DNA of 64,000 bases from an uncultured Candidatus Sumerlaeota bacterium. GTDB lineage: Bacteria > CAYMEV01. The DNA lies in assembly GCA_964389675.1 (NCBI GenBank), contig CAYMEV010000008.1:43084-107083 (forward strand), given 5' to 3'. The translations under genes and the position numbers were made by a program. The notes under the pieces are model-generated. The model saw nothing but the letters and a program-made list of their open reading frames with translations, did no database searches and had not been told where the DNA came from. This document shows, one piece after another, positions 53,867 to 63,758 of this stretch. The first letter of the stretch is position 1; each line of letters starts with the position of its first letter.

Positions 53867-56377
53867 TTAAAACAGCCACTGAAGCCTTGTCTTATACTCA
53901 TCCGTTGCAATACCCTCTGTTGATATGCACTCAAGTATGTATATGTATTTTCCGCCGTTCTTGACATGGTCGGTAAATGAATAGGCCTTCGGCTCTGATG
54001 ATGTGCCCTGGCCCGCGATAAGGGAATCATTCAGCTTCACCGGGCTGGGTGTCACAAACGGGCTTATTTTGTTTCCGCTTATTCTGTAGAGGTTGAAGCC
54101 AAGGTTATCTGTCTCTGTGACTGTTTCCCACTGTATATTCACTGTATTTCCCATCCCCTGGGCAGTAAAGTAACCAAGCTCGACGGGAAGAGGGATCTCT
54201 ATCTCAGCTGTATTATTTGTAAGGTCCACATCTGTCGGTAGAACATCTGTAATCTCCACGGTTATAATATAGATCCTGGGGTCCATGGCTGCATCAGTAG
54301 CCCAGTTTATCATTACATCGGTGTATTCCCCGGGCAGAATATCGGTAAATGCAACTGTGTCAATCAGCTGGAGGTCAACACCCGGCTGGAGGCTGTAGTA
54401 AAAATTGGCATTTCCGCCAGTAATTGGAGCATCACCCATATTATGGACCCTTGCAGTAACATCAACAATATCTCCTGGCAGGGGTGCTCCCGGAAGGAAG
54501 CTGATATCGCCTGCAGTGATACCTGCATCCGGGCTCTGGGCAACATCACAGCGCAGAAACTTGCTGCATGTTCCAGCAGCGTTATTGCCGCTGATCTTAT
54601 ATACAACTCCATCAAGGGCAGCGGCTGACAAACGATATGCCTCGGTTACATGAGGGGCTCCTGCACTTACCCAGGTGCCTGCATTAAAGTCATAGTAGAC
54701 TGATTCATTATAAATCATACCACCGCTTGCTCCCGCAACAATCCACAATTCATGCTCTCCAGCAAAAACATTATGGGCATACCCCATTCCCCACCATGTT
54801 ACAGGAAGGGCGGGCAGGTCAGCATTCTCTGCATTCCATACACCTGTCGTAAAGTCATAGCACTGAGTGCTGGAAAGCTCATTACCGCTGCTCTCTACAC
54901 CCCCTGCCACAGCAAGCATCTTATGCCCTGAGACAGGATCGGTATATATATATGCAGCATGGAAGTCCCTCGCGGTTGTGAAGTCCGGAAGGGGTGCAAG
55001 CCATGCATTGCCGGCCGGGTCATATACATAAACGGCTGCAAGGTTTCCACCGCCTGGAATTGTAGCTCCGCCTGTCATGTAGAGGTAACCCGTGTCAGGG
55101 TCAGCAACCCAGGATGGTGCCCATATGCCGGTCAGAGCAGGAGCGGTGCCGGAAGGCGACTCATTTGCCCATACATTTGTATCCATATTATAGGACCACA
55201 GCCCTGCAAAGCCGGAGGTAGCATCTCCGTAGATATATGCCTTGTTTCCGTAAACACCGCAGGACCTGGCATAATTAGTCTGGAAAACAGAATCGGGAAC
55301 AGTGGTCCATGTGTCTGTATCAGGGTCATAGTACTTGACGGAGTTTTCGGTTCCATAACCCGCAATCGACCAGATAAGCCCGTTATATACAGCAAGGGAA
55401 TTATCCTGTCTTCCACTGTCCGGTTCTGTCGCAATATCATACCATCCCCCCCCCCAGGCTATCTCCTGGCTTACTGAAGCAGAATCAGTATATACACCAA
55501 ATTCGGCTTCTATTGAAGCTGTGACGATCTCACCCTCGGCAAGCCAGCCGGCTGATGTAAGGGTTACAGCAAAGTCCTGGTCCACTCCGGTTCCAAGGTA
55601 TATCTGGTCAGGGCCTGTTACGGTGCCGTAGCCTGAGGTGATCAAATAGCTCAGTGAAATGGTGCCGTCTGTGCCAGTATCATTCTCAAGGTTAAATACA
55701 AAATCCGTAGAAACACCGGGACAATCAACAACATCCTGATCTTCAGGAGTGATATATATATTTGGTACAAAGACAAAAGGAGGCACAACCGCCTGCGGAT
55801 TTACCATCTCATCGCACGGGAGCAATCCCGGAGGTGTATAGCCGTCATCACTGCACGGCCAGTGGGGTGTCCCGCCATAACCGTCACCATCATAGTACCA
55901 TGATACATAAGCATCGCCTATGTTAGAACCGGGTGTGACATTCACCATATAATAGGCAGTGCAGTGGTCAGTACCGGACTGATACCTTGCATGCAGGATA
56001 TCTACGGTATTTGCAGGAGTCTGTACAGTATAGGTCAATGTCCCCCAGCCTGCTCCGCTGTCACATATCGGAGTCCCTACAACTGAAACGCTGTTTACCA
56101 CCCAGTCTGCAGGGAACTGAAGCCATAGATCATAGACATACTCCCAGTCGGCAGTGAAGGTCTCAGCCCTGAATACCAGGTCATTGGCGACACCGGCAGT
56201 ATAGCCTGTCTCACCCCCCGCGCTCGGGTCAAAAACAACGAATGAGCCGGAAAGCCCCTTTGGCTCTCCAAAGTCACAAAGCCCTGTTGTTACCTCTCCC
56301 GCCTCAGAAATCATAGCAGAAAAAGTCAGGGTCAACAGCATACAAACTGCAAACAAAATGGAAACAATCCTTTTCAT
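53867..56377 (-). CDS. Secreted Kelch-repeat / CARDB-like surface protein, paralog 2
   Basis: Colinear with 50921-53419 along its length: signal peptide, Cys-containing N-domain, Kelch blades, CARDB-like domain, 'PLPVELGYFTA' C-domain. Confidence 0.8.
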   Translation of the reverse strand: MKRIVSILFAVCMLLTLTFSAMISEAGEVTTGLCDFGEPKGLSGSFVVFDPSAGGETGYTAGVANDLVFRAETFTADWEYVYDLWLQFPADWVVNSVSVVGTPICDSGAGWGTLTYTVQTPANTVDILHARYQSGTDHCTAYYMVNVTPGSNIGDAYVSWYYDGDGYGGTPHWPCSDDGYTPPGLLPCDEMVNPQAVVPPFVFVPNIYITPEDQDVVDCPGVSTDFVFNLENDTGTDGTISLSYLITSGYGTVTGPDQIYLGTGVDQDFAVTLTSAGWLAEGEIVTASIEAEFGVYTDSASVSQEIAWGGGWYDIATEPDSGRQDNSLAVYNGLIWSIAGYGTENSVKYYDPDTDTWTTVPDSVFQTNYARSCGVYGNKAYIYGDATSGFAGLWSYNMDTNVWANESPSGTAPALTGIWAPSWVADPDTGYLYMTGGATIPGGGNLAAVYVYDPAGNAWLAPLPDFTTARDFHAAYIYTDPVSGHKMLAVAGGVESSGNELSSTQCYDFTTGVWNAENADLPALPVTWWGMGYAHNVFAGEHELWIVAGASGGMIYNESVYYDFNAGTWVSAGAPHVTEAYRLSAAALDGVVYKISGNNAAGTCSKFLRCDVAQSPDAGITAGDISFLPGAPLPGDIVDVTARVHNMGDAPITGGNANFYYSLQPGVDLQLIDTVAFTDILPGEYTDVMINWATDAAMDPRIYIITVEITDVLPTDVDLTNNTAEIEIPLPVELGYFTAQGMGNTVNIQWETVTETDNLGFNLYRISGNKISPFVTPSPVKLNDSLIAGQGTSSEPKAYSFTDHVKNGGKYIYILECISTEGIATDEYKTRLQWLF

Positions 56378-56900
56378 ACAAAATCTCCTTTTTTTAATTT
56401 CTCGCGAATTTATTATAAAACGGCATGATATGATCTTCCGGGGATATTATGCTTATATCTCTGTAATGAAAAGGCCCTTCTGCCAAGGATTACCCCTTTT
56501 TATAAAAAAAATGGATTAAATCATTTTAATTATTTCAGCTTCATAAGAAGATAATAACATAATGTAAAAATTATCTCCTTTTTTTAATAATAAGTCAAAA
56601 TAAATTTATTTTTTTTGTAATTTTATTATTTTATGCTTTGGTAAAACCAGCAAAAGACATTATATCAGCACAGATCGCGTAATTAATTGCATATCCTTTA
56701 TTTTCAACAAATTTATACACAAATAAAGAAAGTGATCCCTGTTTTTGCCTGGATGATGCAAAATTTATTCACGCACTAATGCAGACATCAGCATTGTATC
56801 CCATGATATGCAGAAATAAACCAATACCCGTGCTCCAGGCCTGAATGATCATAAGATTAACAGGAATCCGCTTTCCTTAATATCTATGCATGAGATTGCT

Positions 56901-58124
56901 TTACTCGCTTCTCAGGGCTACAATCGGGTCAAGCAGTGATGCTTTGTAGGCAGGATAAACACCGAAGAACATACCTACAAAAAAGGAAAAGAAGAAGGAT
57001 ACAACTATGGAAATCCACGATATTGAAAGCACCCAGCCTGAAAAATAAACGAGCCCCCATGCTATGAGTATCCCTATGATGATCCCCAGTATCCCTCCTG
57101 CAGTTCCCAGTATGGATGCCTCAATGATAAACTGAAGCATGATGTCCTTCCTTAATGCCCCCACAGACATTCTCAGGCCTATTTCCCTGGACCTTTCCTT
57201 TATTGCAATAAGCATGATGGAAAGGACACCTATACCGCCTATAAGGAGGGATATCCCAGCAATACTGGTTATAAGCATGGTAAATGATTCCGATGTCTCT
57301 TTGTGTGCCTCTGCGATCTCATCCTGGGTTACAACGGTAAAATCATCCTCCCTGTCCTGCATGACAAGCCGGTGATTATGCCTCAGCACATCCTCAATAT
57401 CATCTATTACAGAAGCCTGCCCGCTGTTTTCAGAAAGCTGGATGTATATACTGCGCAGGTAATCCCTGTTAAATACCCTTCTGAATGCTGTATTTATCGG
57501 TATGAATATATAATTGTCCTGATCATTTCCCTCAACATCAGAACCCTTTTCCTTCAAACAGCCTATGACCTTAAACGGTATATTGCCCACCCTTATGGTC
57601 TCCCCTACAGGGTCCAGATGCTCAAACAGCGCTTCTTTCACCGTATGGCCAAGGACAGCTACCCTGCTGTAGGATATATCCTCCTGGTATGAGAAGAAGC
57701 TTCCGCTTTCTATCTCATAGTTCCGTATCTCTTTATATTCAGGTGATACTCCTACAACTGTAGTTCCCGTTGTTACATCCCTGTACTTTATATTAAACCC
57801 GCTGGTCTGATAAGGGGATATGTTCTTTACTGCAGATATCTGCATATAAAGGCTCTCAACATCATCCAGTGAAAGGGTCCTTGGTGTCCTGCCGTAAAAT
57901 CTTCTCCCGCCGTGCTCTACAGGCACTCCTGCATTGACTATCACCAGGTTCCTGCCCATATCGGATATCTTGTCAAGGATCTCCTTTTCTGCGCCCAGGC
58001 CTATTGAAACCATGACAATGACGGCAGATACACCCACAATTATCCCTATAAGCGCCAGGACAGTCCTCATCTTATGCCCTGTCAGCTGTTTAGTGGATAT
58101 TAAGATACTCTGGGCGATCTTCAT
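56901..58124 (-). CDS. MacB/FtsX-family ABC permease
   Basis: 'RTVLALIGIIVGVSAVI', periplasmic domain, 'ISLLIGGIGVLSIM...ERSREIGLRMSVGA', 'ASLLDPIVALRSE'. Confidence 0.92.
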   Translation of the reverse strand: MKIAQSILISTKQLTGHKMRTVLALIGIIVGVSAVIVMVSIGLGAEKEILDKISDMGRNLVIVNAGVPVEHGGRRFYGRTPRTLSLDDVESLYMQISAVKNISPYQTSGFNIKYRDVTTGTTVVGVSPEYKEIRNYEIESGSFFSYQEDISYSRVAVLGHTVKEALFEHLDPVGETIRVGNIPFKVIGCLKEKGSDVEGNDQDNYIFIPINTAFRRVFNRDYLRSIYIQLSENSGQASVIDDIEDVLRHNHRLVMQDREDDFTVVTQDEIAEAHKETSESFTMLITSIAGISLLIGGIGVLSIMLIAIKERSREIGLRMSVGALRKDIMLQFIIEASILGTAGGILGIIIGILIAWGLVYFSGWVLSISWISIVVSFFFSFFVGMFFGVYPAYKASLLDPIVALRSE

Positions 58125-58128
58125 TCTT

Positions 58129-59346
58129 TTATGATCTCAGCGCTTCTATCGGAGACATTCTGGAAGCTCTTACCGCCGGGTGTATCCCGGAAAGTATGCC
58201 TACAATTATGGAAAACCCAAGGCCTATTGCTATACCCTCCCATGATATGGAAACCGGCGTCTTTCCAAACTGCTTGAATAGAAATGCACCAAGTATGCCC
58301 AGCAGGACCCCGATAAATCCGCCGCTAACGGTAACAGCAACAGTCTCGAAAAGGAACTGGTACAGAATATCGATCTTCCTTGCCCCTACTGATTTCCTCA
58401 GGCCTATCTCAAATTTTCTCTCATTTACGGATATAAGCATTATATTGGCAACCACGACGCCGCCGGCAACCAGTGATATTCCGGCCACAATTATAAGAAG
58501 AACATTGAAGGTCCCTGAGATGTGCTCAGAGAATGCAAGGACTTCAGTAGGCGTAATAATTGAAAAATCATCCTCATCCCCGTCCATGATCCCGTGGTTT
58601 TCCCTTATAACCTCCTTTATCTCCTCTGCTGTCTCATAAAGGTGTTTGCTGTCTGTTACCTGTATCCTTATGCCGTCAATAGTCTCAACATTGGCTACCC
58701 TTCGCAAATAGGTGTTCAATGGAATTATCACGGTATTTCCCATGTCCCTGCCCCCGGCGCTCTGGCCCATGTCAGCAAGGACACCCTTGACCTCAAAGGG
58801 CACATTCTCTATCTTTATTGTCTTGCCTATAGGGTCTTCACCGGGAAAGAACTCATTAAAAACAGTTGGCCCTATTACCACAACCCTTGCAAGCCTCTCA
58901 TTATCAAGCCTGGTAATAAAGTCCCCCTTTTCAAGGTCCCATTCCCACATTCCTATAAAGTCCTCAGTAACGGCTGAGAGCATTGACCTTAAGTATTTAT
59001 CCTCAAACCTTATATCAGCCCCCCATCTCATGCTCATAGGAGCAACAAAATTTATATTGCCAACCTTCTGCTCTATGGCAAGAGCATCATCCAGCTTCAG
59101 TGAAGATACAGGCCTTCCCCTGGGACCGCTTCCGGGAGCCCTCATTGCCATCCCGAATACATTTATTGCATCTGTCCCGAACCTTTCAACCCTCTCCATT
59201 ACTTCAGCCTTTGACCCGAGCGCCATTGATACAATAATGGTAACAGCGGTAATACCTATAACTATCCCTATCATCATGAGAAAGCTTCGAAGCTTGTTTT
59301 TCCCAAGCGCATTGAATGCAACTACCATGGACCTAAGCTTTTTCAT
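58129..59346 (-). CDS. MacB/FtsX-family ABC permease
   Basis: 'RSFLMMIGIVIGI', 'ISLVAGGVVVANIM...ERKFEIGLRKSVGA', 'SRMSPIEALRS'. Confidence 0.92.
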   Translation of the reverse strand: MKKLRSMVVAFNALGKNKLRSFLMMIGIVIGITAVTIIVSMALGSKAEVMERVERFGTDAINVFGMAMRAPGSGPRGRPVSSLKLDDALAIEQKVGNINFVAPMSMRWGADIRFEDKYLRSMLSAVTEDFIGMWEWDLEKGDFITRLDNERLARVVVIGPTVFNEFFPGEDPIGKTIKIENVPFEVKGVLADMGQSAGGRDMGNTVIIPLNTYLRRVANVETIDGIRIQVTDSKHLYETAEEIKEVIRENHGIMDGDEDDFSIITPTEVLAFSEHISGTFNVLLIIVAGISLVAGGVVVANIMLISVNERKFEIGLRKSVGARKIDILYQFLFETVAVTVSGGFIGVLLGILGAFLFKQFGKTPVSISWEGIAIGLGFSIIVGILSGIHPAVRASRMSPIEALRS

Positions 59347-60085
59347 TTTCGCTTCCCCCCTTTTTCAGCCTTTCAAGCTCAGCACCGCTGTCCCTGACAT
59401 TATTGTTTATCCTGTCATTTATGATCTTTCCGTCGGCAAACTCAAGTATCCTGTTTGTCTGCTCTGCAATTGATGCTTCATGCGTTACTATAACTATTGT
59501 CCTTCCCTTCCTGTTTAGTTTCTGAAGAATATTCATGATCTCATAGCTTGAAACTGTGTCCAGGTTTCCTGTAGGTTCATCAGCGAATATTATCTCAGGG
59601 TCGTTGACCAGCGCCCTTGCAATGGCCACTCTCTGCTGCTGGCCACCGGAGAGCTGATTGGGATGATAGGTTACCCTGTCAAGCAGTCCGACCTCTTTTA
59701 ATGCCTCCAGGGCAATATGCTTTATATTGCGTGCATCAGAGTATAGAAGGGGAAGCTCCACATTCTCCAGGGATGTTGTCCTGGGCAGAAGGTTGAAGCT
59801 CTGGAAGACAAAGCCTATTTTCTTATTCCTTATCCTTGCCAGCTGATCATCATCAAGCGATACAACATCCTCCCCGTCAAGCAGAAATGACCCTTTATCA
59901 GGCTTGTCCAGGCATCCAAGTATATTCATCAGGGTGGACTTGCCGGAGCCTGAGGCCCCCATAATTGAAACAAACTCACCCTTCCCTATTGTAAGGCTGA
60001 TATCATTTACGGCTATAACCTCTGTTGTCATCCCCTCATTATATATCTTATAAAGATTGCTTGCTTTTATCATTTCCGTTTCCAT
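59333..60085 (-). CDS. ABC transporter ATP-binding protein (MacB/LolD-type)
   Basis: [32 protein letters not shown]. Confidence 0.95.
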   Translation of the reverse strand: METEMIKASNLYKIYNEGMTTEVIAVNDISLTIGKGEFVSIMGASGSGKSTLMNILGCLDKPDKGSFLLDGEDVVSLDDDQLARIRNKKIGFVFQSFNLLPRTTSLENVELPLLYSDARNIKHIALEALKEVGLLDRVTYHPNQLSGGQQQRVAIARALVNDPEIIFADEPTGNLDTVSSYEIMNILQKLNRKGRTIVIVTHEASIAEQTNRILEFADGKIINDRINNNVRDSGAELERLKKGGSENEKA

Positions 60086-60105
60086 TGTATAAGCTCCTTA
60101 TTTTA

Positions 60106-61176
60106 TTAAGATTCCACGTTCACATCGGATGTTATTATCTTCTCGCCTGCCCTCAGGCCGTTTTTTATCTGTGTATTGCCATCATCAACTATTCCTATTT
60201 CGACTGTCTTTTTTACAGGCTTTCCGCCTTCAAGCACCCAAACGAACCATTGGCCCTTCTCTCTTCTTAAGGCCCTCGACGGGACAACTATACTGTCAGG
60301 AAGCCTCTCAAGGTATATTGTCACACTGGTAGTCATTTCAGGCCTTAGTATCTTCTCCTGCATATCCTTAATAGCTATAAGGGCTATATAATTGACCACA
60401 TTGTCCCTGATCTCTGCCTTGGGATAAATAGCCTTCACCTCTCCCTCGAAATCAATGGCAGGATATGTATCGACAGTAAATGTAGCTTCCAGCCCCTCGC
60501 TTATCCTTCCAATATCGGTCTCATCAATATAGGCCGCTATCTCAAGCCTGTCGAAATCAATTATATTTACAAATGTTGGGGCTGAAAGGCTTGCTGCTAC
60601 TGTTTCCCCCTCCTGTGTGGATACAGAAGCAATGATGCCCGATATCGTAGCATATATCCTGGTATAGCTCTGCTGTATCCTTGCATTCTCATAGTTTGCC
60701 TCTGCCTGCTTCAGGTTTGCTACTGCTACATCATAGCTGTTTTTGGCCTGGTCCAGAGCCTGCTTTGAGATAAAGTTCTTTTCATACAGGTTTCTCTGCC
60801 TCTCAAGGTTCAGCTCTGCATACTCAAGGTCAGCCCTTGCCTTTTCAAGGGATGCAAGGTTCTGTGCTATCTTTACCTTCAGCTCGGTATCGTCAAGTTC
60901 CGCTATAAGCTGCCCTTTCTCGACATAATCGCCTATCCCTACATTCAGTGTCTTTACAATTCCGGATACCCTTGATCCGACCTTCACTTCAGCACCTACC
61001 ATAGGCTGGATCTCTCCCAGGCACATCACTTTCGGGGAGATATCCTTCTTTTCAGCCGTGACGGTCTTGATCTCTTCAGCTTTCTGGTCACCTGCCTCAA
61101 AAGGATAGGTCTTTGTAAGATAAAGGACCAGTACTACCAGTCCCAGTATGATAAGTAATATAAAGAATTTCTTCAC
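60106..61176 (-). CDS. Efflux periplasmic adaptor (MacA-like membrane fusion protein)
   Basis: N-terminal TM, 'VKVGSRVSG', lipoyl-like 'GDYVEKGQLIAELD', coiled-coil hairpin, 'LRPEMT'. Confidence 0.9.
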   Translation of the reverse strand: MKKFFILLIILGLVVLVLYLTKTYPFEAGDQKAEEIKTVTAEKKDISPKVMCLGEIQPMVGAEVKVGSRVSGIVKTLNVGIGDYVEKGQLIAELDDTELKVKIAQNLASLEKARADLEYAELNLERQRNLYEKNFISKQALDQAKNSYDVAVANLKQAEANYENARIQQSYTRIYATISGIIASVSTQEGETVAASLSAPTFVNIIDFDRLEIAAYIDETDIGRISEGLEATFTVDTYPAIDFEGEVKAIYPKAEIRDNVVNYIALIAIKDMQEKILRPEMTTSVTIYLERLPDSIVVPSRALRREKGQWFVWVLEGGKPVKKTVEIGIVDDGNTQIKNGLRAGEKIITSDVNVES

Positions 61177-61227
61177 TGCGTTTTCCTCTCTATAACAATT
61201 ATTTTTTTATCAGCTAAAATATTCATT

Positions 61228-62508
61228 CTATTGCCCCAGCTCCCGGCCAAGCACTTTCTCAAGGTTTGCAAACGATATCCTGTAATCGGCAAGGCTCTGT
61301 ATATACCTGTTTTCTGCAGATACCAGGCTGGTCTGTGCATCGACCAGCTCAATAATGGAGTGTGTCCCCTCCTTATAGCCCTCCCTGGCAATGTCAAGGC
61401 TCATCCGGGCATTCTGCAGATATATCCTGCTGTTCTCAATTACGTCCCTCTGCCTGTTAAAGTCATTAAATGCCTGGAAAAGGGAAAGCCTTATCTGATT
61501 TAACAGCTCCTCCTTCTGGTAAGCAAGGTCTTTCAATGCTATCTTTTCCTGAAGGACTGCAGATTTTGTCGCACCCCCGGAAAAAATAGACATGCTCAGC
61601 CCGAACCCGAAGTTCCAGCTGTCTTCCATATCTGATATTCTGCTCCCTCCATAATTATACCCGGCATCAAATGAAAGTGATGGCAGGTAATCCGCCTGGC
61701 TCATCTTTATCATTGTCTTCTGTATCTCTATCTGGTTTTCCAGCCTTTTTATCTCAGGCCTGTTTTTCACTGCTGTTTCAAGCAGTTCTTCATAACTGCC
61801 CGTATCAGCATATGAAATATCCTCAAGGTTGTCCACTATCTCAATATCCTCGCCCGGAGGCATCCCCAGCAGATTATTAAGCAAAGCCTTTGCATTCCTG
61901 TATGAATTTTCTGCATTGATGAGATTGAGCCTTGCATCTGAAAGCTCCACCTCTATTTTAAGCACATCGGAGATAATTGCAACACCTGCCTCAAGCTTTG
62001 TCTTTGCGAGGTCAAGGTAGGTCTCTGACCTTTCCACGTTCTTTTCAGCCGCTATCTGACTATGCTTTGCCTGAAGAAGAGAATAGTAGGCATCCTTTAT
62101 ACTGTATATCAGATCCTGCAGCTCCGAATCATAGCTGTACTCCGATGTCTTTATGTTCATTCCGGCAATCTCGTTCTGATTCCTGATATTTCCTCCCTGG
62201 TAAATGGTATACCTTGTGCTGATCCCAGCGCTGTAACTGTTGAAAATCCCGTCATCATCATCAGACCCGGAAGAGCTTTTCCTTGCCGAGGCACTCATGG
62301 AAAGGCTTGGAAAGTACTGAGCCCTTGCCTCATTAAGCTTCTCAATGCTTCCCTCCACCGCAAGGTATGAGGATCTAAGTGATGGATTGTTCTGTATGGC
62401 CAGCCCGATGCAGTCAGAAATGTCAAGAATCTCCGCTTTTTCCCCGGAATAACCGTAAAAACCGATAACCGTAATAAAAAGAATAACTAATATATATCTT
62501 ATGTTCAA
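61228..62508 (-). CDS. TolC family outer membrane efflux protein
   Basis: Signal peptide, 'AIQNNPSL', two OEP-like halves ('ARAQYFPSLS', 'ADYLPSLS'), 'ELVDAQ'. Confidence 0.9.
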   Translation of the reverse strand: MNIRYILVILFITVIGFYGYSGEKAEILDISDCIGLAIQNNPSLRSSYLAVEGSIEKLNEARAQYFPSLSMSASARKSSSGSDDDDGIFNSYSAGISTRYTIYQGGNIRNQNEIAGMNIKTSEYSYDSELQDLIYSIKDAYYSLLQAKHSQIAAEKNVERSETYLDLAKTKLEAGVAIISDVLKIEVELSDARLNLINAENSYRNAKALLNNLLGMPPGEDIEIVDNLEDISYADTGSYEELLETAVKNRPEIKRLENQIEIQKTMIKMSQADYLPSLSFDAGYNYGGSRISDMEDSWNFGFGLSMSIFSGGATKSAVLQEKIALKDLAYQKEELLNQIRLSLFQAFNDFNRQRDVIENSRIYLQNARMSLDIAREGYKEGTHSIIELVDAQTSLVSAENRYIQSLADYRISFANLEKVLGRELGQ

Positions 62509-62708
62509 GAGAACCGATCCTCCTAAAAAAATACTATATTGAAACAGTAGTATATAGACTTTCCCTAATACGAAAAGGTTTAAAAAAAGTATGAAATTTT
62601 AATATTTTTGCTATAATAGATGCTCATTATGAATATTTATTATAAAAATCTTCTATCAGGCCGGTACATTGCCATAAGCCGCTATTTCATAAAGAGATCA
62701 TCCCTGTC

Positions 62709-63581
62709 ATGAACAGCATGGACTTTGTCACAGATTACAGCAATGATGATACGCTCAGGAAAAGCTTCAACAGCCTTGCAAAACTGATCTTCAGCATAGA
62801 TTTTGAACAGTGGCATGAACTTGGCTTCTGGACAGAAAGCTATAAAACCTTCTCCTATGCAGATTCAGGAAAAATAATAGCCAATGTATCAGCAAACACT
62901 ATAAGTGCATTAATTAATAACAAAAAATACAAAGCAACCCAGATAGGCACTGTAATGACCCACCCTGACTACAGAAAGAAAGGCCTGGCAAAGGCCCTGA
63001 TGCAAAAGGCCCTCTCTCTCCATGAAAGATCAGCTGACATCATCTATCTTTTCCCTGAGGATGAAGCAGTTGAATTCTATAAAAAGCTTGGATTTTCAGA
63101 AACAAGGGACTCCCTGTTCACACTCAGCATAAATAAAACCGGCATTCCTGCATCTCCCCCCAAAAAGCTCTCCGTAAAGGACAAAAAAAACCAGGCAATA
63201 ATAAAAGATATATACTCCAGAAGGCATTATTCACCGACCTTTGACATCACAGACTCATTTCACATTCTCACATGGTATCTCTGCGGCTTTTTCAAAAACT
63301 ATGCCTTTTATATAAAGAGCCTTGATACTGTAGTAATCTGTGCCAAAAAAAACGGCATCCTTGACATATTTGCAGTCCTGTCGCCTGCAAGGCCCAGCCT
63401 TTCAGAGATCCTCAGCCATATCAATACCAGCTCTGTAACATCTCTCAGGCTCCACTTCACCCCTGATTTTTCAGATCTTAATATAAGCGATTTCAATACC
63501 AGCCCGAATATGATCATATTCTACAGAGGCAATATCAGATTCCCTGACAAATTTGCCCACCCCGTGATCTCACAGGCTTAA
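62709..63581 (+). CDS. GNAT family N-acetyltransferase
   Basis: 'QIGTVMTHPDYRKKGLA' motif A; 'FYKKLGF'. Confidence 0.9.
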   Translation: MNSMDFVTDYSNDDTLRKSFNSLAKLIFSIDFEQWHELGFWTESYKTFSYADSGKIIANVSANTISALINNKKYKATQIGTVMTHPDYRKKGLAKALMQKALSLHERSADIIYLFPEDEAVEFYKKLGFSETRDSLFTLSINKTGIPASPPKKLSVKDKKNQAIIKDIYSRRHYSPTFDITDSFHILTWYLCGFFKNYAFYIKSLDTVVICAKKNGILDIFAVLSPARPSLSEILSHINTSSVTSLRLHFTPDFSDLNISDFNTSPNMIIFYRGNIRFPDKFAHPVISQA

Positions 63582-63758
63582 ATGATTATCACTGCCCTTA
63601 CGGCCCTGATGCCCCTAAGTAATATTAAACTGCTATACATTATAATTCCCATACATTTATCACTATTAAGTATATAATTAATTAAATATCCCGCACATAA
63701 AATTTTTATTTGCAAAAATCCCCTGCTCCTGTAAAATATTATAAAAAGGAGAATAGAT

